From positions 39,866,001-39,930,000 of the forward strand of contig CM060733.1 in the NCBI GenBank assembly GCA_030704615.1: DNA of 64,000 nt, in the 5' to 3' direction. Numbering within the stretch: position 1 is the first letter of the stretch; each line of letters opens with the position of its first letter. This DNA is from Takakia lepidozioides (Eukaryota > Plantae > Bryophyta). Below are positions 1 through 13,329 of the stretch, piece by piece. Both the position numbers and the translations under genes were made by a program. The notes beneath the pieces were generated by a model. That model was not told the DNA's origin. It was given only the letters and a program-made list of their open reading frames with translations, and did not search any database.

Positions 1-619
1 GTCATTAACTCGTGGTGAGCTACGGAAAATTCTTCAGTGGACATGTTTTATGGAACACCTAGCTGGATTGAGATGGTCGACCAAAAGTATCAGCAAGAGA
101 GTGACGCACTTCTTCAGCGCATGCATCAGCTTGTACAGAAAGTATAAGGTCAGGTCTCCTCCAATGAATAAATGTTGAGAGAGAATAAGAGAGCTTCACT
201 CTGTTTCTAAATTGACGAATATAAGTGTGACACGGATAGATACTGCTTGTGCACATCCCACAAAAATTTGGGAAAAGAGAGAACAGATCGTGTAAATTGG
301 TTATCACATTAAACGAGCTGTAATGGTATGGCCTTGAATCAGCGGGTAGAATCACTGGTCCATGCCAATCGGAGCATCAAACTGCCAGTAGAGCTGGTAG
401 TGAACTCATTTGTGACTTTGAATGTATCACACTGAAAGATCCGTACTGCCAGTGACGCCTCAAACCATGAGCGACCTGGAGAGACAACAGCTGGGCCGAC
501 ATTTGGGATGATTTAGCAACCGACCTAATGGGCATTCTATAGCATTGACTATCTCACATCCTTACATGCACACAGATACACTATGAGTATTAAGTATCTC
601 AGAATAGTTGGTGCTCTAT

Positions 620-2342
620 CCTGATTGGGGAAGGGTGAAGCCTGACCACATCAGGTTTGTGTGCGTTTGCAGTGCGTGTGTAAGCCTGGCAGCCCTGGAA
701 AAGGCAAAGAGGTGCATGGTTGCATCGCCAAAGCTGGAATTGTACCAGATGTGATTCCCTATGAATCAATAGCTACAAGAAACCTGTATGGGTAGATGGT
801 CAACTAAAGGCTGTAGCTGCAGCGGCATAGTTCATAAAACCAGGCACCTCAACCATGACCACAGCTTCTGAAAGAGGATCAAGAGAGGGAGCCAATGAGG
901 CATTTCAGCAGATTCAGGTATGTAAATCTGTCCCTTGCTTAAGTGCATCAAGATGGAAGGTCTGGACGCTGGAAAGCAGGTGCTCACTCACATTATCCAA
1001 AGTGGATGCAAGCCAAATGTTTTTCTACTCGACACCCTTGTCTCCATGTATGTCAAGTGTGGGAGCACCTGGGGGGTGCACCCCAGCCAACCTGTACCAG
1101 CCACGTGCGTGCACAAGAGGGGGTATTTTTAACCCCCCCCATGTACAACATTATATATACATAGGGGGGTAAACAATACCTTAAATATAAGTCTACAGCA
1201 GGGGGCTAACATGATTAAGAGGGTAGCGTAGTGGTAAAGATTGACATTGTCTCGACACCGATCGAGGGTTCAAGTCACCATGCAATTTGGAGTTTTTCGA
1301 AAACTTTGAAAATACATATATTTTGTTGCACAAAATTGAACTCAAGACCACATACACACCTCAAGTATCTCCATTCCACTAGGCTACTCCACAATTCTCA
1401 AAACAAATGTGATGATTACTAGTAATATAGAAGAAAGACAGTTTATTGTGCTTTGTGTCATCATTGAGATCTCCCAAGCCATGGGCCCCAGCCCTAGTGT
1501 TTGGTACCATTGGAAAGCCCTCAATGAGGAGGGGTGCACCGGCTTGGTCTCATAATTTTGGGACTTGCGGTGTGGGAGATTTGAATTTTCAAGTACTTTT
1601 GGTCGTTGGAAACTCGCAAAAATAGCAAAGTGGGTTTTCTTGCAACAATGACTGGCCCTTCATTTGTCATTTGTGCACGGGGACATAAATGTAAATTGGG
1701 TTTTACTTTCAAATATGACATTAACACAATATTGTTTGTAGGATCCTTGAGATCTTCCAAACTGCGGGGCTTCTAGCCATGATTTTGGTACCGTTGGAAA
1801 GCCCAAAATGAGTAGGGATGCACCAACTTGGTTTTATAAAATTTGGACCTACAGGCCGAGGTCTGTTTCTAAATGAATGTATTTGATATAATATAAAGAC
1901 ATACATATACATATTTGAGGCTATTTTTTAATGATTGAAAAGGGGAATATACATACAGAAGGGGGGTGTTTTTTTAAAATTATAAATTTCTGTATATTTA
2001 CAGGAGAGGGTTTTATAATCTTCAAAAAGTATGTACAGAGGGGGTATAAATTATCCAAGGACCCATATATAGGGGGTTTTTTTATTAGTCGGCGAACGCA
2101 CGTGATACGCACATTTTATAAAGAGTGCACCCCCCAAGCGGAAGCATCATGGATGCTCACCAAGTGTTCAACAGAATGCCTCAACGATCTTTGATCACGT
2201 GGAATATAATGTTGGCAGGAGTTACCAAGCATGGGTATGGCAGGAATGCTTTGGAGACCTATGAGCAACTGTTGCGCGAAAGGGTGAAGCCCAACCACAT
2301 CACGTTTGTTTGTGTTTGCAATGCATGTGCAAGCTTGGGAAT
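620..2342 (+). pseudogene. Degenerate PLS-PPR gene with a PDF-motif remnant, interrupted by a TIR element at 1068-2138
   Basis: Reads GEGVKPDHIRFVC..KGKEVHG (620-760), then ..YKKPVWVDGQLKAVAAA (765-830), then LKCIKMEGLDAGKQV..MYVKCGS (935-1067). Resumes as IMDAHQVFNRMPQRSLITWNIML.. after 2146. Stops and frameshifts present. Confidence 0.85.
1068..2138. mobile_element. Non-autonomous TIR DNA transposon, possibly hAT-type
   Basis: TIRs CCTGGGGGGTGCAC (1068) and GTGCACCCCCCAAG (ends 2138). Degenerate 8-bp TSD TGGGAGCA/CGGAAGCA. The PPR reading frame is restored on removal. Internal direct repeat at about 1501 and 1785. Confidence 0.75.
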
Positions 2343-2344
2343 AA

Positions 2345-3296
2345 TGACCATGTGTATGTGTTAAAATGCTCTTCATTCACTCAAGTTATGTCTCCGATCA
2401 ACTCAAGTGGCATATATAAAGGAGCTTAATAATAGAGACTCTAGGGGCATTAAGTGAAAGCAGGAAACTATTTAAGTGATACTGGAGATGCTCAGGCCTC
2501 AAGCAACTGTCATAGAAGAGGAAGAATAGAGTGAATGTATAAGTACTTATTGATCCAAGTGTAACCCCAGTAGGTTTTAAAGATGCACACGTCGCTCTTG
2601 AAATGTTGCATCATTTCTTGAAGCAGAGGTCAACTGAGGTCATGCACTTGGTAGACAAGTTAGAGAAATTTGCAAAAGGTGTAGAGATATTGAGAATGTC
2701 ACATTCACATCATACATGTAGAAAATGGTTTGATACAAAAATGATGGAAGAAAGATCATTTTATCAAACCATAAGAAAGATCATTTTATCATACATGTAG
2801 AAATAGGTTTAGCTTGGTACCAAAAAGTGAAAGGATCATTTTACTCCTATGATTTGACGGACAATATGATGGTTGATCTAGAGTCTATCATAGCATTAGT
2901 TTTTTTAAAGTATGATGCAGCCTCTAATAGGTATAAGCTCGATCCAAACGATAGAACAGTATCAATGGAAAATAAATTTGACACTAATTTTTATTTGTTA
3001 TACAAGTTATTTTAAATATTTTTTTAAATCTGATGTAAAATTTTGTCACAATTTTGTATTAAAAATTATACATAAATAAAGGATTTATTATATTCTGAAT
3101 CAACACATGAATACATACAGCAGGGTGTTGTTATCCATTATTATTATTTTATATAAATACTTTAGGGGGTTTAATAAATTTTAAAATATATGTATACATA
3201 TGAGAAATTCATGAAATAACCTATATACAGGGGTATTTTTTATTGACTAATGCACGCACGTGATATGGTCTTTTTATGAAGAGTGCACCCCCCGGG
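2345..3296. mobile_element. Truncated relative of the 1068-2138 element, with only one terminus seen
   Basis: 3250-3296 (cgcacgtgata..aagagtgcacccccc) matches the terminus at 2095-2138. AT-rich interior with a degenerate ORF. Left end not found. Confidence 0.55.
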
Positions 3297-3679
3297 GGAA
3301 AAACCAACACATACCATATGATCAGACGTGCCCTCACTATCATACTTACTGCTACCACTACACACCCAGGAAACAACTGGAGAATGGATCCCCGCATTAG
3401 TTGCTTAAAATCCCTCAAAATTGACCAATAACTAATCCTCCCCCCCAACAACCCCTATGAAATTCCTAACTGGACAGCTGCACTCTCTAAAATTGGAAGA
3501 GGCCAAGAAAGCCGCGTACAACATCACTAAACAAAATGCTACAGACAACCACAAAAAATTTGTCTTCTCCTTCAACCAACTACTACATGATCACCCCAAA
3601 AAAGATCACAAAGCCATCTTCAATCCTGCCCTTAACCCACCTATCGACTACATCAAACACCGACTAGGGCACCTGTCAA

Positions 3680-4720
3680 CTCTATGGCCTTCGACAGGCC
3701 TCTCGAGCGTGTAACACTCTTTCTTGACTAAATACGATCTCACAGCAAGTGACGCCGATCCTTGTGTTTATTTTAGCAGCAAAGGTACACATTTGATCCT
3801 CACTATCTTTGTCGATGATGGTCTCGCCTGCAGTGTCAAAACACAGAAGGTGACAGATGTTCTTGATAACATGGGTGAAGCTTTCACTGTCACCAAGAAT
3901 GATCCTGAAGTCTATGTAGGGCTTCACTTGGTTAGAAATTGGATTCATTCTAGATTTCTATTGACCAAGACAGATACGTCCAGAAGATCATTCAGACTTC
4001 AAACTTGTTGATGCAAATCCAGTCTTCGTGCCAACTGGTCCGGCGAGCCATCTGGTATCTTTTTCCACGAGTACAGATGATGAACCTGCAACTTCATTTC
4101 CCTACAAAGAGTTGGTGGGCAGTTTAGCATATCTTGCTATGTGCACGAGACCCGACATTTCATATGTTGTCAATAATGCAGCCAAATTTTCTGCCAATCT
4201 GACACAAATACACTGCATGGCTCTGAAGAGAATCTTGAAGTACTTGATTGGCACACCGTACATGGCTGTATGCTATGGTCCAACATCACAGATCAACACT
4301 TTGGTAGCCTTTTGTGATGCAGATTATGCTAACGATCTTGATGATCGCAAATCCAGATCTGGCTACGTGTTGTTACTCAATGGGGGCCCTATTGTGTGGG
4401 GCAGTAGAAAACAAGTCTGCACAGCAAGTAGCACCATAGAGTCGGAGTATATTGCTGCATTTGTAACGACAAAAGAGATTCTCTGGACTCGAAGGCTGCT
4501 TCATGGTCTTGGAATTTCACAGCAGGAACCTACTCTATTGTTCTCTGACAACTAGAGTGCTATACGTCTAGCATACAATCCTGAATATCCTAAGAGGACA
4601 AAACATGTGGATTCTGCATATCAAATCATCAGAGAAAATCAGGAGAAAGGGGAGCTCAAAGTTCTGTACGTCCCTACCAATTCACAGATCGCTGATTTAT
4701 TCACAAAGGCACTTCCAGTA
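3680..4720 (+). mobile_element. Ty1/copia RT-RNase H fragment (degenerate)
   Basis: Motifs LYGLRQASRA, ADPCVY, IFVDDG, TRPDISYVV, CDADYANDLDDRKSRSG, LFSDN*, ADLFTKALP. Frameshifts and stops; no LTRs. Confidence 0.92.
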
Positions 4721-4845
4721 TAAAGTCAATATGCTCTCCCCCTCTCTCCAACGGGGTGCATCACAGCCAATGTTCGTAGGGGGGGGTAAAATTGGTCCAT
4801 CTCTTCTATTGAGCAATATGTATGCAATCACCTATCTACTACATT

Positions 4846-4879
4846 GAGAGAGAGCGAGAGCGAGAGAGAGAGAGAGAGA
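4846..4879. repeat. (GA)n microsatellite
   Basis: gagagagagcgagagcgagagagagagagagaga. Confidence 0.9.
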
Positions 4880-5045
4880 AATGAAATGAAATGGTGCTTT
4901 ATAACGTCCGTGGAAAGCTCATAGAGCTTATGGGACAAAATGGAAGAAAACATGAGAGAGGAACAAATCCAGAACCCAAGAATAAGAACTAATGTTCTAG
5001 CGATTGTCTAAGGGTGGGGCCCTCGTGCACGTAGGCTGCCAAGCA
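4880..5045 (-). repeat. Copia 5'-leader-like remnant homologous to 38880-39022
   Basis: Shares aaatgaaatgaaat, taacgtccgt, tgggacaaaatgg, tctag.gattgtctaagggtg and ctcgtgca.gtaggctgccaag with the leader of the Copia at 31742-40758. Confidence 0.65.
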
Positions 5046-6951
5046 TTTTTTATCCTCATAGTGGAAGACATCAGAATAAACAGTGGAATCTCCCACGGAT
5101 CTCGTAGTATAGAGGGCAGTAGAAGAAGAAGTGTTCTTCAGTTTCAACTTTGGCAAAGAGTTACAAGAATGCATGTGTGCTTCCTTGTCTGCTTCTTTAG
5201 GGTTTAGGGTTTAACCCTAAACTTGCTCCTTCCCTGGTTGGGTGTTTGTGCCTCGCCTGTTCATAACCTATGTGATCTAGGTTTCAAAGTGTCCACCTTG
5301 AAACCTAATGCAATAAGTCTTTGGGATGAAGAGACACTATAATTTCCGCTTCCTTTGGAGGAGTCATCTTTCTTTCTGCCTCTATCCTTGGCCCCTCAAG
5401 GAAAAACAGATGGAATCGTAGTTGGATAGTCACTTCCATTCACCCCATGGTTTGGGGCCCAAATCCTGCTACCTTGTCCTGTGTGCTATGGTTGTGTCTC
5501 CAGTGCACTTCATGGCTTACAATGCCCTATCCGATTGATCTAGCAACTGGTGGTCACTTCTTCAATGCTGCTAATGAAGTGTGGAGGTCCTCCCCTGATT
5601 TGTAATTTGAGCTAGAACCATGTGCTCAGTTCTCAACAATGTTTTATGTCTGATGCAGTGTGGGAATAAGGATGCACATTGATTGGATCCATCTGGTGTT
5701 TCATGCAAATTGCACCATATATGTGGACTGGAAATCCAAGTTTGGAATAAAAGAAAACAGTTAAAGATTACAGCAGATATATCATTTCTAGTGTTTCAGG
5801 CTAAATCATCTGAAAAGCAAAGGGAGGATACTTTGACTGTCATACTTCAAGTAAATCAAGTAAATCAAAATACTGGACCAGGCAGGAGTTCAGGGTTATG
5901 CAAGAACTTACACTAAGTACCCTTTACAACTTTGTAAGAGGTAAAAAAAATCTGCAGGAAGTTGGTTGCAAAAGCAGAGGATGGGTGCCACTTCTAGTAT
6001 AATCAAGGGATGTAAATCAGACTATTCAACCAGGCGGGAGTTCAGGGTTATGGAGGAACTTAACAGTTCACCTGAATAGCCTGCGACCAAAGCATCCACT
6101 CATGGAGGACAAGCCAATTGTCAATTATCGATAAGGGCGGGTTTCAAGAAGAGAGGTGAACCTGCATTGCAGGTACAAGAACAATTATTGCCAGTGGAGT
6201 TGAATAGATTTGCTTCTCACAAAACTGATCATGGAAAGAATGCATGAGCTGCAGCCAGTCAGCAGAGAGTGCAACTCCCTTCAGGGATCTTAGGCTAAAA
6301 AAAGAGAAACAACCATGTGGCCTAGACATGCACTTGGATTGAATTTGTTGAACAGCACATAATCAAGAGCCCTCAAATCCAAATTGGAGAGAATCAAAGG
6401 GATACTTTGGATTGCATCAGCTTCAGTTGTAAGATTTTTCTCCACCATCTATTCCTATGTCCATCAACAGTTGAGATAGCAGGGGTTCTTGTGTTCAGGG
6501 AAGTCATTACATCTTATCCAGCTCCATGCTTTATGTTAGCCAGCCAGAAGAAACGCAGTGATTTGAACAGCAAAAATAGTCATTTTGCAACCTTACCATC
6601 ACACCCATTACTCATTAAATCTTCGTACATGGGTGTGTGCAACTGAAGTAAGACACCATTGTAAGATAAGGTTTCAATCTCAGCTGGGTGGAGTTAGGTA
6701 ACTTCCAGCATAAGCCTGGATGCATTTGGTCCCAGAACTTAAGCGGGCCTGTGATGCTTTGACCACTAGACTATCTGCTGGAAGACACTTGTACATCACA
6801 CTTTGAGGGTGGGTCATCACGACACCTTCTGACCAACAGATTAAACTCAGGTGTGTGAAATTCCTGTCAAGAGGATTTGAGCCGTCTACACTAACGTGCA
6901 AAAACATTTCGATAGAGACGAGAGGAGGAATCTCACAGGTAAGGCAAGCTC

Positions 6952-9900
6952 TTACTGGAATGGATCAATTCGAGGATCATGCTCACTCGCCAATGCCATG
7001 CCGGTGCACAGACATGTAGGACACATAACCTGCAGACACCAATCCCATATATATTATTTGTCAATATTTTTATTTTTTCTTTTCGTGAAATATTCGTTTT
7101 CAGTCTTTAAGCATCATCATTGCCAGAGAAGGACATGCACTCTACATCAACCAATCACAATTCATAGTCACTTAGTGCACATACTTGGTTAACATGCTTG
7201 ACCTACAGTGGAGAGCAATCGTACCTTAGCGGCTCCAGAACAGTTGGGGCATCTTTGGGTAGTTGGAGCGGACAAGGGTCGGTCTGAATAGCTTATGGAT
7301 GCCACGGGCTCTACAACTAGAAGTGCACCTGAGCCCGAACATCGAGCACATGCCAAATACCCTGCACAATTTGCACTCAGAAGGAAATGAACACCTGAGA
7401 TGCTCTTCCAGACTGGGCAATGGCAACTCAGACTCCAAAAATATGCAAAACTCTGAAGTGGTGAGTTGAGCCATTTGGAGAATACAGGGTGGTGAGAAAC
7501 AAACACTGAACAGTATGGCAACTGGAACAAGCATGAAATGAGTTTTAAGAAAAAGTTGTTAGTTTCCTCCATCTATGTCAGAGCAATTGCGGGTGCTCTC
7601 TGACAATGAAGTACAGAAATCACCGTAAGAAGATCTGTTCCCTTGCTTGATGATTGAGTGGCTCCAATGACAATCCCTACTGTAAGCAACTTAACATGAC
7701 CTTTTTACCAGTCAACGTGCGGAATCCAGAAAGTTGGCTTTAGCCTGATAAGCAGGAAGTTCACTCAAGCAACTGATTTTTCACTAGAAAGAACTACCCT
7801 CCTACAAGAATGCGCCTGCGAGATAGTCAGTGGAAAGGCCAAATTTAGTTTCTCCCTAGCACAAGTAACTCCTGAGGAGCCCACTTCTACACGCTGCTAT
7901 GAACAATAGCTTGGTTTTGGCCAAGCTAGAGTTGATTCAGACTAAGGCTTAAGGTTGGTCCTTCATTGTTGTGGTTTTGTGTCATACTGTGAAGCTGTGG
8001 CAGGGGTGTTGGTTACATCATCATAAATATCGCTAATCCCTTATTGCTTCTCCATTACTTTGCCGGCCAAGACTGGAACAAAGAGTAACATTTGGCTACT
8101 AGAACAAAAAAATCTGGGACGCGGACCCACCAGTTCCATGGCAGTACTTGCAGCGTTTGTGCTCTTGCTGCTTCACATTGTTTATCTCAACTACCATAAG
8201 CGATGAAATTACGCCCACTGCTCCCCCAGAAAATGATGCAACAATCGGATCTACGTCGCTGCATCAACTCAAACATTTGACCTTTCAGCATTCTAGAATC
8301 AGCAAAAAACAGTGAAATTAGATGAAAACGAATGGGCCAAGAAAATGAGCAAGTTGAACATTGAGATTGAAAGATGGGCCGAGGTTCAGAATGACTATGG
8401 TGAGACTCACAACATGGGCAACAAATACAAGTTGTACAGTTGGCAGAGATGATGGCAGAATGTCCCTACCTGAGCTGGGGCGGTAAATGCACGCTTCGAA
8501 TAAAGTCTTCATATGAGGTGCCTCCTATCCCCAGCTTCAACTCCAACTGCCAGCAAAATGCACATACAATACAACTAGGATATTGTAAGTCAGCAACATA
8601 AAATTCTTCCATTGGTACACTGGAAAACATGCTTGCCCCTGTATTATAATATAACTGCAGCATTCTGACTTCTCTCAAAAGACCACTGAGAAGCTCACCT
8701 GCTGATGCAGTTGGCCTCAAAATAAGTCTTAAGATCAAAGAATTGTGTTCAAGTGGCAGTAGCTCGCTGACCAGAGCATGTGGCATTTATTACTCACTTC
8801 CAGTCTATGTCTGTAGACATTATAGAAACATGATGAACATGCAAATCTGTGGGAACCAATCTTGTTCTAGTGACAGTCCTTGAGGACAAAGGATCTGTGG
8901 ATGTAAGGGTCATCCAAGCTGCGTCCCTTCTAGACGGACACCTGAATAAGACGTCACGAGCATTTGTCCGTAAAGAGACGGTCTCATGCAAATGACTTGA
9001 ACAAGATGCCAGTCCAATCTTCGATGACTGATCTACTGCACTCGGTACAGTGCAGCATGCACAATATCCATTTACAATGATAATTTGAGGAACAGTATAT
9101 CTGAACTCTAGCAGGGTTAAATTTATGGATAAATTTCTAGGTGATGACTCATAATTTAACACAGAAAATAAATGGCCATACACAAGTTCCAGCCTTGAAA
9201 CATACATATTGTTTTATTTCCACCAAAAATCAGGACATGGGTATACGACAGATAAAGGGAAAGGTCTCACAATGGGAGCTATTAGTCCGCCAAACAGAAT
9301 GATTGCTGCCCCCATGGAAAGACAGGTTGCATAGTATTGCTTCAATGTAGTTGTAGTCTGCAGCACATTGAACACTAGTGAGAGCTGGAAATCAACATTG
9401 TGCTGTCAATCACAAATCTCAGGCCATCAATGAGGCAGGGACTAGCTGCCACCACTCCTCGCTGCTCACAACAATGCGCGTGGATCACACTTAACACATT
9501 ATAGAAGTGATCACAAATTCTGGAAGTGAATCATACAATTGGTGGAAATAGTGGTATAGAAGATGGATACTCAAGCATCTCTTCAATCTCTTCATCCTGT
9601 TTAACTCCTGTATCTGCACTCTTCATTCGCTGCTGGATACGTAATCTCCTGACCTGGAAGGAAGTAAGAACGAACCATGGAAAGAATATAACGGGAGAGC
9701 CATGTAATCAAATTTAGAGAGGGAAAGAAACAAAGTAAGCAACTAAAAAAAACTACAATTTGACTTCGAGTGGTTCTCCAAGGTGGAGAGAGACAGAAAG
9801 ATGTACCAATTCACCAATCCCTGTCAACTTTGTTGGTTATGATGCATCCTTGACGGGTGAGAGAGTGAAAAGGAGACCAGGAAGAGCTTCAGCTTCCTTT

Positions 9901-10927
9901 TCAATCATATTGCGCAGGCAATCAATCAAAGTTGAAATGATTCTTTGGCAGTCAATTAAAGAAAAGGATGTTTTTCCAAGGATGAAACCTTGAATTTAAA
10001 CTTGTAGGAGTATCAGTGTGCCAGTTCCACATAGATTCTAGTTCCTACAAGATTGATAGGGAAAAGTAGCTGAATCTTCAAACCAAGGCCAGCACAGAAG
10101 GCAACCTCTTCCATGAGGAGAAAAATCTTATTGCGGCGACTAGTAATGTTGTCGCGGATCTCTTGGACCTGCATCTGTGCAAAGTCCAGCACAGTTTCAC
10201 GCCCCTCTATTATGCAGAATGCATCACCGTCTTCTGCACTGTGATCAACACATCCACCCCATACCACGAATCTCCCTCAATTTGGAAAAGCTCAAAAATT
10301 GAGAGATAATGAATATTAAGTGCAGAATTGTGCGGCGGGTCAATCTAGAGAGTGCACATATGGTAGATGCAGGAAAAAGAAAAATTGCGCTGCTCAGTAC
10401 ACCAGACACTCTTAGGGGTTTCCTTGCAAACAAGCACACTCTTAATCAACTTGGCCCAGTAGAGAAGCAATCTGTATAAAAAGATCCAACACACGGAGCT
10501 TTTCCGTGAATCTTGGGGCATTGAAACTGGATACACCTACTGAATTCCGGCCTGAAAATATTCAACGTCAGATCAAACAAAGACGGAAGGAAGAGGATAC
10601 TTTTCTCGGAAGGAAACAGCTGCGATACACATTGAAGATGCGTGAATGAAAAAGTCACTGGGGCAAGGACCATAGACAGATCCGACACACACACCTGGCT
10701 GGCATGGAGTTAGAGCTGCTACTGAAGGTGTCGTCCCCCGCCATAACCCTCCGTTTCAGGTCCACCCCTGTCCCTCTCCATTCTATCTTTCCTCGCCATC
10801 TCCTCAGACCTACTCTCGGCCTGACAACGCAATGCGCCCGGCAAAACTCCAACGTAGGCAACGGGTGTAATTGTGGCCTCAAAGGCAGTGTACCTGTGCG
10901 GCCCCTCTGGAGGGATGGAAGCAGCAT
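6952..10927 (-). CDS. OR: ORANGE protein (plastid DnaJ-type zinc-finger chaperone), 8 exons: 10695-10927, 10106-10238 (acceptor ambiguous), 9537-9653, 9271-9357, 8470-8546, 8131-8258, 7225-7361, 6952-7029
   Basis: GT-AG exons translate to FCIIEGRETVLDFAQMQVQEIRDNITSRRNKIFLLMEEVRRLRIQQR, LELKLGIGGTSYEDFI, VDPIVASFSGGAVGVIS, RCKYCHGTGYLACARCSGSG, CPNCSGAAKVMCPTCLCTGMALASEHDPRIDPFQ*. N-terminus resembles a transit peptide. Confidence 0.96.
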
Positions 10928-12543
10928 CGTGTCCCGTGTCTCGCAGAACGCCCGCGGAGTTGGGTACAGTCAGGCAGGCAGCAGAGTGTTCCCTGTGATA
11001 CCTCGAGTCCCCTTCAATGTCTCTACCAAACTTTGCAGGCATCAAACTCTTTGTTTTTCCTTTTGTGTTTTTGTCTCTTCTCTCCGCCAGAATCTACCTT
11101 CGAATCCACGACAGTAGAGTTATCCGATCCTGACGGCCCTCCATTCCCCGGGCCACCCTCCAAGGCCGTTGCAAAGCGAGAGAGAGAGAAATGGCTATGG
11201 CTAATTTCACATGCGCTGTTGTGTCTCTCGCACGCCCATCTTCGTCGCTCAGCTCCCGCTCTGGTGAGGTCGCAGGAATAGGTCTTGAGAAGGTCTCTTC
11301 TTCTACTGGCCGATTTCCAACTCGTGCTGCCGGCCCCCTTTTGGTTCAACCTCTGGCCAGTATGTTCTCTCTCTCTCTCTCTCGCTGGAATTACCGATGA
11401 AAGCTTTATAGCAGGGGGGAAATCCGAATAGTTAAGAACTGAGCGATATGGAAGGGCTACCTAGGTTATGAAGAGAGGGTCGGAGAGAGGTGTTAGGACG
11501 AACTGAGGCTCATCACGAGGGTTCACTTCATACCTCTGGTGGGTTTGCAGGGAAGGATATGTGATCTGACAGGGAAGAAAGCTAAGAAGAGTCGTCATCT
11601 TCACAACGGTCTTTTCCACCACTGATTACAGGTTCTTCCATTGGCGCCCCACCGATCGAAGAACTCCCACAGTGTCTGTAGAGCCCTCCCCCACTGCGCC
11701 TCTCAGGTAGGGTTCGAGGTCCCACGCCAGTCACTTCTCTTCCAGGTTCTCCATCCCATTCTCGGCAGCGGCTTCAAGGCAGCCCAACTCCTCTTGGTCA
11801 TGAGCCTCTCCACGTGCCTTCTTCTCCAGTTGTGCAGCTTGCATTGTCGACCCCATCACTCTTACCCCAACAGCAGGCGCCTCTCCCATCAGACCGTACC
11901 CCATGCCCAGCTTGCGGTCATCTTTTTCCGCGCATCAGAGGGCTTGTGCGACACCAGCGCACGTGTGTGGCTCTTCATCAGTCCCACACAAATGATACTT
12001 CTCCATTTTAGCCCAGTGTCTTGCACGCGTCACCTCTTGCCTCTGCTTGGCATTGGCTTTCAGCGCTAGATGTTCTGGGCGCATTTCAGCTAGGACTGCC
12101 AAGGCCTCGTCTTTATACAAGAATTCCGGTGGCACTACGTCATGAGGTCCAACTGACACTCCGTCTACCCTTAGACAGGCTGGCTCGTGATCCTGATGAT
12201 ATACCAGCATGGTATCTTTTCTTGTTAAATCCTCAGTGGTGTTTGGTTTTGCCCCCTCGTGGCGGTCAGTCAAGGCACAGAGAGACGCGCATCCGTCTTC
12301 GCCGTTTTTTATCTGGAGATTGGAAGAGTCTGCAAGATGAGCATCAATTACGGGCATTAGCCCTTGCGGTACGCGCCCCTCCCACTTCCTCCACGCAGCC
12401 ACCCTCATCGGCCCACAGGCGACTTCGTCATAGTCTCATGTTAGGCCGCGTTGGTGAGTATTCATGCGCGGCCAAGGCTTTAGCACTCACCAGCGCCTCC
12501 ATCACCGGATATTGTCACTGCCCTCGAAGCCCTTCACCCATCA

Positions 12544-13274
12544 TGTCGCGGCCCTTTGCCTTGAGGGCAAGGGGTCGGGACACATGAGGGGCTGCCCCTG
12601 TGGTGGGGGGGGCAGCGGCAGCGATAGGTATGGGGGCTGAAGCACCCTTGAGTACCCAAGGCACTCAAGGAGGTGGAGGCGCTCACTAGGTGGAGCCCCG
12701 CACACCGGGCTGCGGTGGGGGTGGCTCCACAAGGGGTGGTGGTTAGCTTAGCGGGACTTAGTGGGGGTGGCATAAGACTCACCATGGGGGCGGAGACCTC
12801 GTGGTGGGAGTCGTGGGGAGTCTTGGGACTCATCACGGTTCATAGGGGCCGTGGTGAGTGGGCCAAGACTCACCGCGACTCATCACCGGGAGTCGAGGGT
12901 TTTCGTGGTGGTTCGCCATAAAATGGCATGGCTGGTTGTGAAACCCACCGCGGACAGCTACAGAAGTATATATAAGGGGAGTCGTAACCACGAGAACGGT
13001 GGAAGCCCGTTGGTGTCCAAAAACTAGTGAGTAAGCGAGCGAGCCGGAAAGCGACCAAAGAGTGGGGAGCTGTTCCGGATTGCCATCTACCAAAGGGAAT
13101 TCCACTAGACCCAAATAGGTGGAGGGTTCTTTGGGAGTTTGAAGGGGGACCGTTATGTCCCGGTGAGCACCGAAGCTCCGAGTTGGCCCGGCGGCCAGGT
13201 TGGGAGTCAGACGCGCGCATCAAAGCGAGTAACTATGACTTGAAGGGGAGCTTACCGAAGTGAGGTGCGCAACA
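12544..13274 (+). repeat. 5' LTR of gypsy element
   Basis: TGTCGCGGCC...GTGCGCAACA; highly similar to 17257-17988. Confidence 0.97.
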
Positions 13275-13276
13275 CT

Positions 13277-13288
13277 TGGTATCAGAGC
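13277..13288 (+). promoter_or_regulatory. Primer-binding site (initiator tRNA-Met)
   Basis: TGGTATCAGAGC, 2 nt after the 5' LTR. Confidence 0.93.
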
Positions 13289-13329
13289 TTATAATTCAGT
13301 ACGCGATCGTCCTTGGGATTGGCCTCATC

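Noticed and set aside
1-560. ORF 59-355 and a weak Copia-like LSVSHL motif
   Set aside because: No convincing domain; too degenerate to call.
5196-5222. Head-to-head telomere motifs TTTAGGGTTTAGGGTTT/AACCCTAAAC
   Set aside because: Only about three units; short telo-boxes are common and this is not evidence of a chromosome fusion.
5878-6062. Twice-repeated caggc.ggagttcagggttatg
   Set aside because: Two short copies with no structure; not CRISPR-like.
10704-11400. Several 100-140 aa ORFs overlapping OR exon 1 and its leader
   Set aside because: GC-rich shadow ORFs with no recognisable domain.
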